DNA of 64,000 nucleotides from Amoebidium appalachense. Taxonomy: Eukaryota; Protista; Ichthyosporea. This document shows positions 10,671-46,844 of the stretch, one piece after another (within the stretch, counting starts at the first letter, position 1; each line of letters opens with the position of its first letter). Position numbers and translations under genes: made by a program. Under the pieces are notes generated by a model. The model saw only the letters and a list, made by a program, of their open reading frames with translations, did no database searches and was not told the origin of the DNA. The stretch spans positions 3,534,001-3,598,000 of the forward strand of contig CAVNZM010000015.1 in NCBI GenBank assembly GCA_963693365.1. The letters are read 5' to 3'.

Positions 10671-12590
10671 TTACATGTGGGGCTTGTGCATCATATCCAT
10701 CGTGCTTGTGCCAGGGATGATATGAACGTTGGAAGCGTACGTGGGGGCAAGAGAAGCCTCCTTCTCGTTTTGCTTCTTGTTGCGGCGCCAAAGGAAGAAA
10801 CCAACACCAGCGCAGCAGCAGCAGCAGCACACAGCGAGCACCGACACGACGATAGCGATAATAACAGCCACAGAAATACCGCCGGATGAAGTTGAACCAG
10901 TTGCATCGGTGGTGCTTGTAAGGTCGCTAGCGGTGTACTTGGCACCGAACCCGCCTGTGGTCTGAAGCTCGCCCAAGTTCCGGCGGACGATCTGGGCATC
11001 ACGACGGCGGCGGCGGGCCGACGTGTCAAGGTAGTCGACGAGAACAGTCCACGTGAGCGTGACGTTGTTGGATGTGGTGGTGGCGGCGGCGCAGGTAAGG
11101 GCGGCGGTAACAGGGATAGGCATCTGAACCTCGTTGGGCTGCACGCTGTTAACGAAAGACTGGGTGAGGGTGGAGATGTCGGTGTAAGGGGCGGTGTACG
11201 GGGTGCAGTCGCCATCGGACGTGCGGGTGAATCCAGTAACGTCGGCATCAGAGAGACCCACACCAGTAGCATTGGTCCAGATGCGGATCGACCAATAGGA
11301 AGTGGCGCCAAGGTCGAAAATGGAATCCGCACGGGTGGCGACGAAGGTGTTGTCGGTGCGGAGAACGACGTCGAGGGTGAACAGAGCGGAGAGGTTGAAC
11401 TCGGTAACATTGCAGAAGTCGTTGGTGCTGATGAAGAACTCAATATCGGCGGTGTTGGAAATCATGTTGGGGCAGGTGCCGGCGGCGACGCTGCTAGCCT
11501 GGCAACCAATAGGAACACTCAGAGCCTTGTACTGGCCAGTAAGATCGCAAGCGGTGATGTTGAACTCGATGGTGCTGTTGCAAATTTCGTTAACGGCAAG
11601 GTTGTTGCAGCCGGCGCCCATAACCCAGTGACTGGCGTTGGCGGTGGGATTGTTCATGTTTGTCAAGGTGAGAGAGCCGTTGGCGCCACCAACAATGGTG
11701 TAAGGGGAAGGCAAGTTGACCGTAATGACGACGGTGGAAGTGTTGACACCATCGACCTCCTTGACACCAAGCTTGGAAATGACGGCCTGCAGGTCTGCCT
11801 GGGGGTAGTTGACGGTGATGGTAGCGGAGACGGTACCCTCGCGGTTGATCTGCACGCGAAGTTTGGCAACTGCGTTACCATCGCGGGTCACGGGCACACG
11901 CAGGTTCTTTGTGAGACTGATCTTGTCAACGTGTTCCTTCATCTGCGCCTCAACGTCAGCAAGGTACTTAACGAACTTGGGGTCGGAAACCTTGTCCACG
12001 GCAACACCGCAGTTTCCGAGCTTGTTGAACGCAACCTCGAAGAAAACGGACGCGGAGCAGGAATCACCGTAGAGAACCCAGCTGTATCCGGTCATCTTGG
12101 AGTCGTTGGTTGGGCCGTCGGTGAGGTAGGTGCAGTCGGCGAAGCTCACATCGGTAACGTAGCGGGTGTTGTACCAGTAGCCAAGGTCGGCTTCAAGCAT
12201 GACCTTGTTATTCTGAATGCGGGGGTTGCGAATAGCCATGGAGAAATTGGCCTGAAGGGCGAAGGGCTCGGCCAGGTTACAGATGGTACCCATTGTGCGG
12301 TGCTTCAAACCCAGAGACTGAATCTCGGCTTTGACGTTGGGCTTACCAATGACAAACGCGTGGGCAACATCGGCGGCGGGGGCGAGAATAGAACCAGCAT
12401 CACCCTTCACAACCATGTCGTGTGTGATGGTGAGGGAGGCAGAGATGGTGTGTTCACCAGTGGCGAAAACCACCTCGTCTCCTGCCTGGGCAGTGGCGAA
12501 TTTGGTGACTGCATCGTCGGTTACTGCGATATTGACAGTGGCGGCGGACGCGGCGGACGCGAAGGCCAGAAGAGTGGCGAGAGACTTCAT
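10671..12590 (-). CDS. Intronless 639-aa type-I membrane/secreted glycoprotein with ZP-module-like architecture
   Basis: Long ORF with strong C-ending codon bias; signal peptide MKSLATLLAFASAASA; Cys- and N-x-S/T-rich beta-type ectodomain; RRRRR at 11001-11015; Ser/Thr linker; TM helix; CCCCCC; RRNKK stop-transfer; short cytosolic tail. Confidence 0.9.
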   Translation of the reverse strand: MKSLATLLAFASAASAATVNIAVTDDAVTKFATAQAGDEVVFATGEHTISASLTITHDMVVKGDAGSILAPAADVAHAFVIGKPNVKAEIQSLGLKHRTMGTICNLAEPFALQANFSMAIRNPRIQNNKVMLEADLGYWYNTRYVTDVSFADCTYLTDGPTNDSKMTGYSWVLYGDSCSASVFFEVAFNKLGNCGVAVDKVSDPKFVKYLADVEAQMKEHVDKISLTKNLRVPVTRDGNAVAKLRVQINREGTVSATITVNYPQADLQAVISKLGVKEVDGVNTSTVVITVNLPSPYTIVGGANGSLTLTNMNNPTANASHWVMGAGCNNLAVNEICNSTIEFNITACDLTGQYKALSVPIGCQASSVAAGTCPNMISNTADIEFFISTNDFCNVTEFNLSALFTLDVVLRTDNTFVATRADSIFDLGATSYWSIRIWTNATGVGLSDADVTGFTRTSDGDCTPYTAPYTDISTLTQSFVNSVQPNEVQMPIPVTAALTCAAATTTSNNVTLTWTVLVDYLDTSARRRRRDAQIVRRNLGELQTTGGFGAKYTASDLTSTTDATGSTSSGGISVAVIIAIVVSVLAVCCCCCCAGVGFFLWRRNKKQNEKEASLAPTYASNVHIIPGTSTMDMMHKPHM

Positions 12591-12733
12591 ATTGAAAAAG
12601 AGCGGGTAAATCCGCTGTATGTTTTCTGGTTTGTAAGTGTTGATATGCTGTGATGTTGTGGGAACTGCGATTCCTATCTACTAAAGCCGAGGAGAGAAGG
12701 CTGAGAGTGGATGGGGAATGTCGGCTGAGAAAA

Positions 12734-12811
12734 GGGTTTATATATCTTCGCGGTCTGCGTTCCGGGCATTCCTCAAGGTTAGAACGCTTGTGAATTATCG
12801 CCCTGATTGGT
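12734..12811 (-). promoter_or_regulatory. CCAAT and TATA promoter elements of the 639-aa gene
   Basis: Minus strand CACCAATCAG at ~12803-12811 and GATATATAAACCC at ~12734-12746; the same ATATATAAAC core occurs at 3518. Confidence 0.5.
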
Positions 12812-14686
12812 GTATGAGCATTCTTTGCATGCCAGGAATTATAAAACTATCATAAATCCAGGGTTTGCGTTACGAATCGTATAGGCCAAAATACGATTTA
12901 GAAAACCCCGCAATACGATTAAAAGGGGGCATTCAATTAGTAAATACGACCCTGAAGGGTGTAAAATGCTCGGAATTCGCCTAAATACGATTAAGAGCGC
13001 CAAAACCAGGCAACCCCTGCATATATCGAAATACCCGTTAGAATTAGCCAATCGGTAAAGGTGTAACCGTCCCCTTTGCATGCCAGCGTACCAACGGGCA
13101 AGATCCCACGGACCCTCCCACGGGCCACAAGATTGTATATGCCCGTCGTTTCATTGTCTCTGTCTTATAGGATCACTAATTTATTATGTATATAATCATC
13201 CCATGTTTATGTGTACGTTTGTAATTGTGTTTGCATGCGAACGTGTGCGTGTTTGTGTGTCATATGCATGTGTGTAGCGTGCAAACACAGAAAGTTTTCC
13301 CTCTGGTTGTCACGCACGTGCGCACTCGCATTCCCATGATTCTTTTTGACATAACTTTTCCGTCAATGCGTTGCCGCTATGTCATCGGAGTGTCTCGCAC
13401 AACTCCACTCCTCCAGTGCTGTTTCATGACCGCCATTGCTTCCCTTCTTCATATTATTTATGTCCCATTCGTGGATTTACTGTCCATGTGATATTAAGTT
13501 TGCGGTAATCAAAATGAGCTTGTGGGATAATGCCACAGCCACCAAACATTCTTCTTGGTTTGTTTGTAGATAGGCAGCTTCCAGAACTACGAAACCCCAT
13601 GTGGTTTATCCAATGCACTTCGTGAGACGTGCCAAGAGCGAATTTTTTTTGGTTGATGATATCAAATTAGTACTGTTTTTATACTAATATTATTGTTCTA
13701 CATGTGTATTATTACAATTACTAGTAATATGTGGTGTGTGTTACGGAACTTGATCATGCATATCATAGTTATCTTCGTAGCGTTTATTTTTGGACCTAAC
13801 CAATAAAATAATCCTTGTGAAGAAAGGGTACTACCCGGGGCATATGCATACATACGGATTTCGTTGATAAGGCTTCACGCCGTGCCCGACTGGCCTAGGC
13901 CTCACGCCTGTACACCGAATTCGAACCCCTGTCACTACATTGAAGGCTGCAGGGGTTGGAATATGATGTGTGCTTTACAACTAATACTAATTACAATAGA
14001 GTTCTAATGTAAAATATTATCAAAATTGGATTCCGTTAATGATTCAGTCAACATATTAATTCGGCTAGCACCTGAGTACGCTTATATAATATATGTTTCC
14101 TCGCTGGTGTCCCTCGAGATGTCGACGTCACTATGCTATAATTAGCAACCGTAAAAATAGTTGCAGGTTTCACTTTTAAGTTTAATACCCTGTGATGGTG
14201 ACTCAGTAGGACTGTATAATAATTACAGATAATAATCTATGACACTATAAATGATTACTGATGCTACTATGTTGCACTCATGATGCGGATCCGATAGGTC
14301 CCATACGGCAAATCCAAGCTTTCAAATTTAATTGATTTGGTGCAAGTTATGAGAGTCTCTAAAAGACTCGTCTATGTCGGAAATCTGAACGGATTCTCCG
14401 AGAAATATATGAGACCAACATGGTATATGGTACATACTTGTCAATGACGCGAAAAATATCCATATGGCCATGGGTGATCACCATACATCTGAGACAATGT
14501 ATATATGCACTCTCGTGCACAGACTGAGTTGCTACAAGTAGAAGAATGGTGGTCTGGAGCAGTAGCTGCCGGGGGGGGGAAGTATAACGTGTTATATCCC
14601 TACCCATCAGTCATCTTGCTAATACATATAGTAGCTTCCTTATTCATGTCCCGTGCTGGGTAAATTTAGTGTCATTACTTACTATG

Positions 14687-14865
<179 letters not shown>

Positions 14866-15589
14866 TTGGGTGAGGGGGGGGGGGGGGAGGGGGAGTAAGA
14901 AGGTGGCTTCCTTCTCCCCCCCCCCCCCCCCCCCAAAAGGCTTTGGTGGAGTCCGGGGGGAGGGGGAGGGAGGGAGAGGGGTCGGGGGGGGGGGGGGGGA
15001 GAGGCATGTGTACGGTGCGCACACGTACACGCGTTTGTGTTTGAGTCGCTTTTTCATGAAAACCGGGAATAATTCCGATACGGGAGACCGGCCGGGCCGT
15101 TTAGGGGGGGGGGGGGGGGGGGGGGGGGGAGAGAGGGGGGAGGGGGGAGGGGGAGGGGGGGGGGAGGAGGCACGAGCCCCTTGTGATTGGCGGACCAAGA
15201 AATTGTTAAGGTGCGAAAAGACTCGAAAGATGCACTGGCAGATATCAAACAGTGGATGATTGTGTGATACTGAGCGTGGGGGGGAAGGGGGAAGGGGCGA
15301 AGGGGAGGAGGGTAGGGAGGGGGGGGGGGGGGGGGGGGAGGGCTTGTGCCAACATCAAGCCAGAAAAAAGGCACGTCTATACACGGAAGAGTTTGGCGTC
15401 ACTGAGACATCGAAAAGATTTATTGATGTATTAATGATTGTGTACATGTCTAATAAGTAAGTGGCAGTCCAGTCCAAAGTCACACGCACACTTTTGCGGG
15501 GTTTATTTGTGTATTTGTGCCCGGGGGGAAAGGAGAGAGAGAGGGAAGGAAAGAGGGGAGAGGTGAGGAGGGGACAGGTCGGATAGAGA

Positions 15590-16070
15590 AGAGAGGGTGG
15601 GAGGGCAAATACTTCTTTAAGCGGCTTATGTGCTTATTGAACTTCAGCGCGAGATGGGATACTCTAGCAGCCATCGGGACCAGACCATATATCGAGAGCG
15701 TTACATGCCCAGGTTTACAACAGTTGTTAGATAGAAAGGAGGCAACTTCTGCTTCAAGGAAATTTGCCAAGGGTTTAAGCGCTCTAGTTCTCTCTTTCTT
15801 GATCCAAGCGGCGCGAAGGGGTAAACCATATTCACATGCCGGGAAGACAAAAGTGCGAATAAATGTAAGTCTAATAAAAGGATGGAGGGGTGTGTCTTTA
15901 TAAATATTAGCCGAGAAGAAAGCTAACCGCTTACGAGCCACCTCAGTACCCTCTTTTCGACCATATGGGAAAACCGTGATAACACCAACAGAATTAACCG
16001 AAACACCAAGATATTTGTATTCTGGAACTATAGGTACAGGTTTAGATGATAATGTAAATGTGTGTAATTT
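15590..16070 (-). mobile_element. Truncated non-LTR retrotransposon (LINE) fragment: end of RT plus thumb region
   Basis: Minus-strand translation FTLSSKPVPIVPEYKYLGVSV...ARKRLAFF...IRLTFIRTFVFPACEYGLPL. YKYLG and the P..EYG motif are hallmarks of the LINE RT C-terminus. The upstream RT core is absent. Confidence 0.75.
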
Positions 16071-16979
16071 TTTCTTCTTTTGACTCGGGTTTGTTAATCC
16101 GTTGATGAAGGCAACGTGCAGCCACAGGCTACATAACCACCAATAGAACTGAAAAAGCCAAAGCTACGAAATAAAAATTAAGCGACAAGTGACAAAGGTG
16201 TGTAAATTGTTAGCTATATCAGGTACAAGAACACCACATTTGTCTATGTCAAGGATCATAAGGTTTGCCTTGCACCACTCCGACACTACATCGAAAATCT
16301 TTGCGGGCGTTTAGGGGTACGGGCAAGGAGGGACAGACCATCAGCATAGAGAAGTGCAGGCGAAAAGTTATTAAATGGCCATGTGGGGGACCTTACGGGC
16401 GAGATTTGATCTTGGTGAACGTCAAACGACCAATGCAAACAAACAGATTATTTCTAAAATCATTGTCTTAGCCATAAATGGGTAATTTTATTGGGAATTA
16501 GCCAATTATGCACCACTTGCACCTCCCCAGGGAGCAAACATTTCTCGAACAAAATAAAGCAATGAATTATAGTATTGATTTTAAATTTATACATGATGAA
16601 GCTGAGGCAAAGCTTATGGTTGTACAATAACTGTGCATGAACAAGTGCATATGCCGCATAGTGAGCTTTGATATGCAATGTATCAGTGTGTTCATGTAGT
16701 TTACGCACATAGCATACATATGCATATGCCATGGCCAGTTCAACACCAGTTCATCCGCATCCTCAGCGCTGATGCGGCATGCACATAATTTTGGCCGGCC
16801 ACATACAAATACTAATGGCTTAGCTTTGTAAAAGCAGAGTTATACATTGCCTAAGTTCTATAAAAGGGACTCACAGCAGAAAGGTATATATGGGCGTATA
16901 CTCTGCCTTTGGTGAGAGATATACGTACGATAGGTTAGCCCAAAAGGCTAATTTGGCCGGGATACTTGTGTATGATAAT

Positions 16980-17212
16980 CAGGGGCTTGACGGGATACTT
17001 TTGATATATCTTTTGATATTCAGGGACGTTTTCGGGATATGCTGTAATGATACTGGGGGGGGGGGGGGGGGGGGGGGGGGGGTTTGGTACTCAGGGCGAA
17101 CTCAGAAAAAAAAAAGGGGGATATTCAGGGGCGAAGGCGATATTTTCGTGATAATAATTTGATATATCCCGGTTGATACTCAGGGCGAAACTGAGGTTTT
17201 CATAAGGCCCTG
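16980..17212. mobile_element. Putative non-autonomous hAT-like element (copy B)
   Basis: Starts CAGGGGCTT and ends AAGGCCCTG (imperfect inverted termini); internal repeats of GATA(C/T)TCAGGG(G)CGAA; right end matches 9743-9797. No TSD found. Confidence 0.4.
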
Positions 17213-18191
17213 ACTGACAGTCTGACCGCACGTTCCTGACATTCCACGATAAAACAGTCGTGCGCGAGGTATGCAATCGGAGATCTAAATTTAGATCTAC
17301 TTCAATAGCAGAGTCTGCAGACAGGCAGTTATAAGGACTATTATTTTACATGCGTTTAAACTACTGTACACCCGGATCAAGTTTTATATGGGCATGTTCT
17401 CCGCTAATTTTAAATAGCTTGTAAGGACAGTGGCTTGTGTTCAGTACTATGTATGATAAATTGTCTTGAACAAAGCCGCCTACCACCTCAACGTTACTAC
17501 CGTGAAGCAGGAATGTGTAGGTCGCAATATGATTGGTTCACCTTCAAAACAGCGGATGGGCAGTGTAGACCAATCAAACAGCGCAGCCGTTTTTATCCTA
17601 TTTGTGTTGAAACACACAAACTATTGCTTCTTATTCTAAACGTTACCGTTACACTGTGTGTGTCTCTAATACTCTCTATGCATATGCTCTTTGTCTGTAC
17701 TCTACGTAGGCCTACTTGACGATATGAGTATTGTCGAGTGAGTCTCTTCCTTCCAAAAAATCTTTTGGGGATATAAACTTACTTTTGTAGTTTTTTTACA
17801 TCAGGCTCTGTTCAAATTTGGCTGCATCTTAGTGGGTCAAAATGTTGTTTGCCGTTCAAGAGGCCTGAAGCTGCATCGGGCCTAAACATTTTCCCATCAG
17901 ACAATCAGAACATCCAGCCAAAAACGTTTTCAATTTGTGCATTAACTTCTAATATTGACCAGCTAGAAGAGAAAAGCATCACACCATTGTGACAAACCCG
18001 AAAATCCATAACCAAACAAACGGTACATAATACATCCTGTCACAATCTGTTACATCACCAATTGAAATTTTCAAAAGCAAAACTTTTGCCCATCTTGTGG
18101 TGTCGTAATGTTGCAAGAGAAAGGTATCACATGCTCGTGAAAACATTGGAAATCCATAACCGAGCATCGGTACGTTACAGCTTTTGTCACC

Positions 18192-42135
<23,944 letters not shown>

Positions 42136-42968
42136 AAAGTTTCGACGGGTTGGTGAACTGGTTGGAGACGCGGTGACAAGGGGGACTCTGAGGTGAATGG
42201 AGGGTGAGTGCCAAAAAAAGGAAATGTGGAATCACGTGTAAATATGGGTTACTGAAAATGGATGATGGTTTCGACTTAGTACACATGATTTTCGACAGTA
42301 TTTTGTGATTGTATCGTAGGCAGTGACTTTGATTGTAGTTTTGTTTACATGCTGAATAGACTTCTGAATCTACGGTACGTTTTCTTAGATTGACTTTGCC
42401 AATTAAAATGCCCGCTTTAGATTGGATTGATGGTTTGATGACCCGAGTAATCATCCTGAATACAGGCATTATTTTCGCAAGAGGATGTGTGCTGGGTATC
42501 ATAAGGGGGTCGGGTGGTGTCAGTGTGTGTGTGTGGGGGGGGGGGGGGGGGGGGGGGGGAGGGGGGGGGGAGGGGGGAGGGGGGGAGGAGGGAGGGAGAG
42601 GGGGGGGGGGGGGGGGGTACTGCGGCATCCAATTGAAACGTACTACGTTATAATCGCATTTAATTCAGTCTACTAAGATAATCTAAGAAAATTCTCTAGA
42701 TGAATGTAAGTGAAGTACAGCCTACGTTCAAAGTACGGTATATTAGTGCTTTGAGGATCATAGGGGTGAGCGCAATTACTGGGGTATACTACACTACCAT
42801 AGGCAGCGAAAGAATGTGTACATGTATCGTAAGATGATTGAAATGAAACGAGTTAGTACGTACTGCCCAGTTGGCACGTTATAGGATTATTAAAAATACT
42901 TCAGAGTGGCAGTTGTGAACCGTTCAGATGCCTATTCGGCTCTCCCGATGACTGCTTGTCAGTGCCAG

Positions 42969-43520
42969 GAAGGACCCAACCACATCGGCAGATTCAACTG
43001 CAGAAAGCAGAATTATTCTGCAAAAGCGGAAGTATTCGGCAAAAAGCAGAATTATTCTGCAAAAGGCAGAATTTATTCTGCAAGAGCAGAATCACTCTGC
43101 TTTTAGCAGAATTATTCTGCAACTTCAGAATTACTCTGCTTTAAGCAGAATTATTCTGCTTTTAGCAGAATTATTCCGCCAAAAGCAGAATCATTCTGCT
43201 TTCGACAGCAGAATAATCCTGCTTTTAGCAGATTGATTCTGCTTTTAGCAGATTGATTCTACTTTTAGCAGATTGATTCTGCTGTTTGCAGAGTGATTCT
43301 GCTTTTAGCAGATTTATTCTGCTAAATGCAGAATTAATCTGCTGTCGAAAGCAGATCGATTCTGCTTTTGATAGTTCTGCTTTTAGCAGATTGATTCTGC
43401 TTTTGCAGAATAATTCTGCTTTTCGCAGAATAATTCTGCCTTTTGCAGAATAATTCCGCTGTCAGCAGAATAAGTCGAGTACTCGGAGCAAGTTGACTCA
43501 GCTCATGTGGTTGGGCCCTC
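42969..43520. mobile_element. PIF/Harbinger-like MITE filled with palindromic GCAGAAT(T/A)ATTCTGC units
   Basis: TIRs GAAGGACCCAACCACAT and ATGTGGTTGGGCCCTC; CAG direct repeat on both sides (42966-42968 and 43521-43523), reconstituting a CCWGG target. Confidence 0.75.
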
Positions 43521-43928
43521 CAGGAATCGAATCACTGAGACACCGTCACAGTATGTAGGGAAGTGCCGTAATCGATACAGGGGTAGGCTAATTATTTAAG
43601 GCTCTTCCGAGTTTAGGATTCTAGCACTAGGATTTAAAAAAAAAAAACATGATTTTAGTGGGCTAGACTAGACGCTCAGAACAAGATTTTTTCCTTTTTC
43701 TATGGTGGGCTAGGGGGGTCTGGAAATAAGATTCTAGCTGGCTAGAGCCAAAATTCACGTAATCTTAAATTCGGACTACCCGGCCCGCATCCGATAGGGT
43801 GATTATCATAGATGAAAACTTGGGAGTGTGCGAGGAATCGGTGTACAGGCGCGCCTGACTTCTATCAACCTTTGGGCAGCGCGTTCTGGGTTTATACAAC
43901 TCAAGGGTTGGTATAGCTCAAGGAAATA

Positions 43929-44043
<115 letters not shown>

Positions 44044-44227
44044 ATACTATGACGCGCGCGTGCGCGCGCGCGCACGCCCGAGCGCGCGCATGTCTGTGTG
44101 TGTGTGGGTGTACGTATATATATATATACTATGATATGCATCATAAATAGATATGTACGCATATGTACGAGATATGTATGCGTATAAAGAGGGAGAGAGA
44201 GTCGGGGGCGGGAGGGGGGAAGGGGGG

Positions 44228-44232
44228 GGGGG

Positions 44233-44310
<78 letters not shown>

Positions 44311-44325
44311 GAGAGAGAGACAGAG
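44228..44325. repeat. (GA)n microsatellite, downstream of (TA)n and (TG)n tracts at 43932-44037
   Basis: Directly visible. Confidence 0.9.
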
Positions 44326-44844
44326 ATTGGAAAGAGTGAGAGATGGTCGGGCTATATATGCTCAAGGAGACGCGGAACGGTTAGATGAGTGTTTCACTGA
44401 GCGCACATGTGACGTAATATTGGTCCAATCGGAAATCTTCATGTGTCCCCCCATGCAGGAACACAATATTGCTATGATTGGTTTTGCCCATCATCATATT
44501 TGATAATTTTTTTCAGAAAACTTCTGCCTTATACATATGTGCGAAAAAAAAGGTATGTTGACATGGTTGCGTAACTTAATTTAGCCTGGGCAGGCCCTAC
44601 TCAGTAGAAAGGCCCTTCATCATGCATACAGTATTCAAGTCACCCATCAGTGAACTAAGGAAATATCATGAAAATTTGCCAGCCTGGGCAAGAAAAACAT
44701 CCTGATACATCATGTTTAACCCGTAATCATTGTTTGCATACGGTAACCAGGTGGAATGAAACACGAATAATCATTTATAAGTTACAAGCTCCAGAGCGCT
44801 CGATACATTGGTCCACCAAAAACCCGAAATTCAATCTCAAAAAA

Positions 44845-45690
44845 TCAAGCAGCAGGGTGGGTCATCCCCGTGACCTTGGCACACACCTCATACACAGCAG
44901 CGGCACGAATCGGGTCGGTGGCAAACGGTTCGGGTTCGGCCACGTTACAGTCCGAGAAGTATTTCCCTCCCATACCCTTGACCTGCGGAGACACGGCCAG
45001 GTACACTTGAGTGGCTGCTCCCTGGGGCACAGTCTTGCCTAGACCCAGAACCTCAACTGCAAGAACAGGGGGGGGGGGGGGGGGGGGAGGGTGTGTGTGT
45101 GTGTGTGTGGGTGGGTGGGTTTGGGTGGGTGGGGAGGGGGGAACTTCTGAGAAGGGGAGGGGGGAGGGGGGGACGGGAAAGGTGTGAGGGGGAGGGAGTG
45201 ATGGGGGAAGGAGGCCGAAGGGGGGAGAAGGAGAGAAGTATGTGCGGGGAATGGGAGTGGGGGTGGGGGGGGGAGAAAGAGAGAGAAAGAGGGGGGGGAT
45301 CCGGACTCGAGGGGTCGAAATGGGGGGGGGGGGGGGGGGGGGAGGACGGGGTCACGTGGGGTAGAGAAATTTCGCAGGCGTAGGGAAGAGGAGGATGGAC
45401 AGGAGGGAAGAAGGGGGGGATGGGGAAAGAGTTCAACAGTGTTAGACTGAGCGGGGTGGGGTGGGGGTGTGTGTTGGGGGGGGGGGGGAGGGGGGGGGGG
45501 GGGAGGGCACCGAAGTGAGTGACTGAGAGGGGTTGGGTCTGGGGAAGGGGTCCTGAGGGGTAGGGAGGGTGGGAATGTTCATTGGAAAGAAGGTGAACTT
45601 GGGGTGGATGGTCGGTATATTATAAAGGGACCGTCGTGAGCCAAAAAGACGGGGGTGGGGGGGGAGAGAAGGAAGCAAAGGGCGGGAGGT

Positions 45691-45722
<32 letters not shown>

Positions 45723-46376
45723 TGGGGTGGGGTGGGGGGCAAAACTCACATGGGACGTACTGAGCAATGTACTCAGGCCAGGACAGGTAGCGCTGTATGC
45801 CCGTGATGATGGAGCCAGGGTGGCACGTGAGCACGTCCACACCAGAACTTTCCAGGCGGCGCTGGAGCTCGGATGCAAGAAGTACCATGCAGGATTTGCT
45901 GCGGCAGTAGGCGGTCCAGCGACCAATGAAATCGTTGGTGTACCTGTGACAGGACGGTGGGGGGATGTTACTGAGTGGCTTACACTGTCAGAGGACTCGA
46001 TGGAGAAAGGTGGTGGTTGTGCGTGTGTGTGTGGGAGGGAGGGAGGGAGGGTGGGTGGGTGGGTGGGTGGAGGTGGATGGGTGGGTGGGTGGGGGGGGGG
46101 GGGGGAGGGGAGGAGGTTTTGGTGTGTATATGTGGTCGGGGGCCCTAGGGGAGGGGGTTGTGTATGTGCCACGGTGATCATGCATGTGCATGTGCGTGAG
46201 TGCATGTGCATGTGCATGTGCGGACGCGTGTGTTAATGCCTGTGTTTCTGATGTGTGTGTGTGTGTTCGGGGTGGAGGGGGGGGGGGGGGGGGGGGGGTT
46301 GGCGAATTAGTGCCCCTGGGTGTCTGGCCATGGGTGCGCCACCAGAGAGTGTGTATGGAGATTTTTTTTTTTATTT

Positions 46377-46417
<41 letters not shown>

Positions 46418-46730
46418 ACGGTTCTATGTCCGAGTCCTTGTCAATTGCTCTTATTCATTTCAGTGCAGCTACTTTTTTTGCTTTGTCCCTCAGCTTGTGG
46501 GCAGCTGAAAATTCTAGTAAAAGGTATGTGTCTGACTCAGGCGATGTGCGCATCCATATATGTTTGTTGGTGGTAGTGTTTTTTAAATTTTTGAGGGGGG
46601 AGGAGGGGGAGGGGGGACCACGTGTTTGCTTGGGGAAGGGGGGGGAGGGGGGAGGAGGGATTGGTGGAGGTGATATCCCACCAAAGGGCAAGCTTATCAA
46701 TCTCGGGTAAAACGGGAGTGAATGAGATGA

Positions 46731-46764
<34 letters not shown>

Positions 46765-46811
46765 GGGGGCGGAGGAAGGCGGTTGGTGGGAGAAATGAGG
46801 TTTGGAGGAGA

Positions 46812-46844
<33 letters not shown>

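Noticed and set aside
11628-12653. 341-aa ORF antisense to the 639-aa gene, and other overlapping ORFs
   Set aside because: Shadow frames expected from the strong codon bias of the real gene; no motif support.
13900-13960. tRNA or SINE suggested by a B-box-like GGTTCGAATTC on the minus strand
   Set aside because: No A box or cloverleaf could be built; the 14-bp match to ~43838 is within chance expectation for this window size.
42969-43520. CRISPR-like array of palindromic repeats
   Set aside because: No unique 25-45-nt spacers, no cas genes, eukaryotic context; TIRs and a TSD explain it as a MITE.
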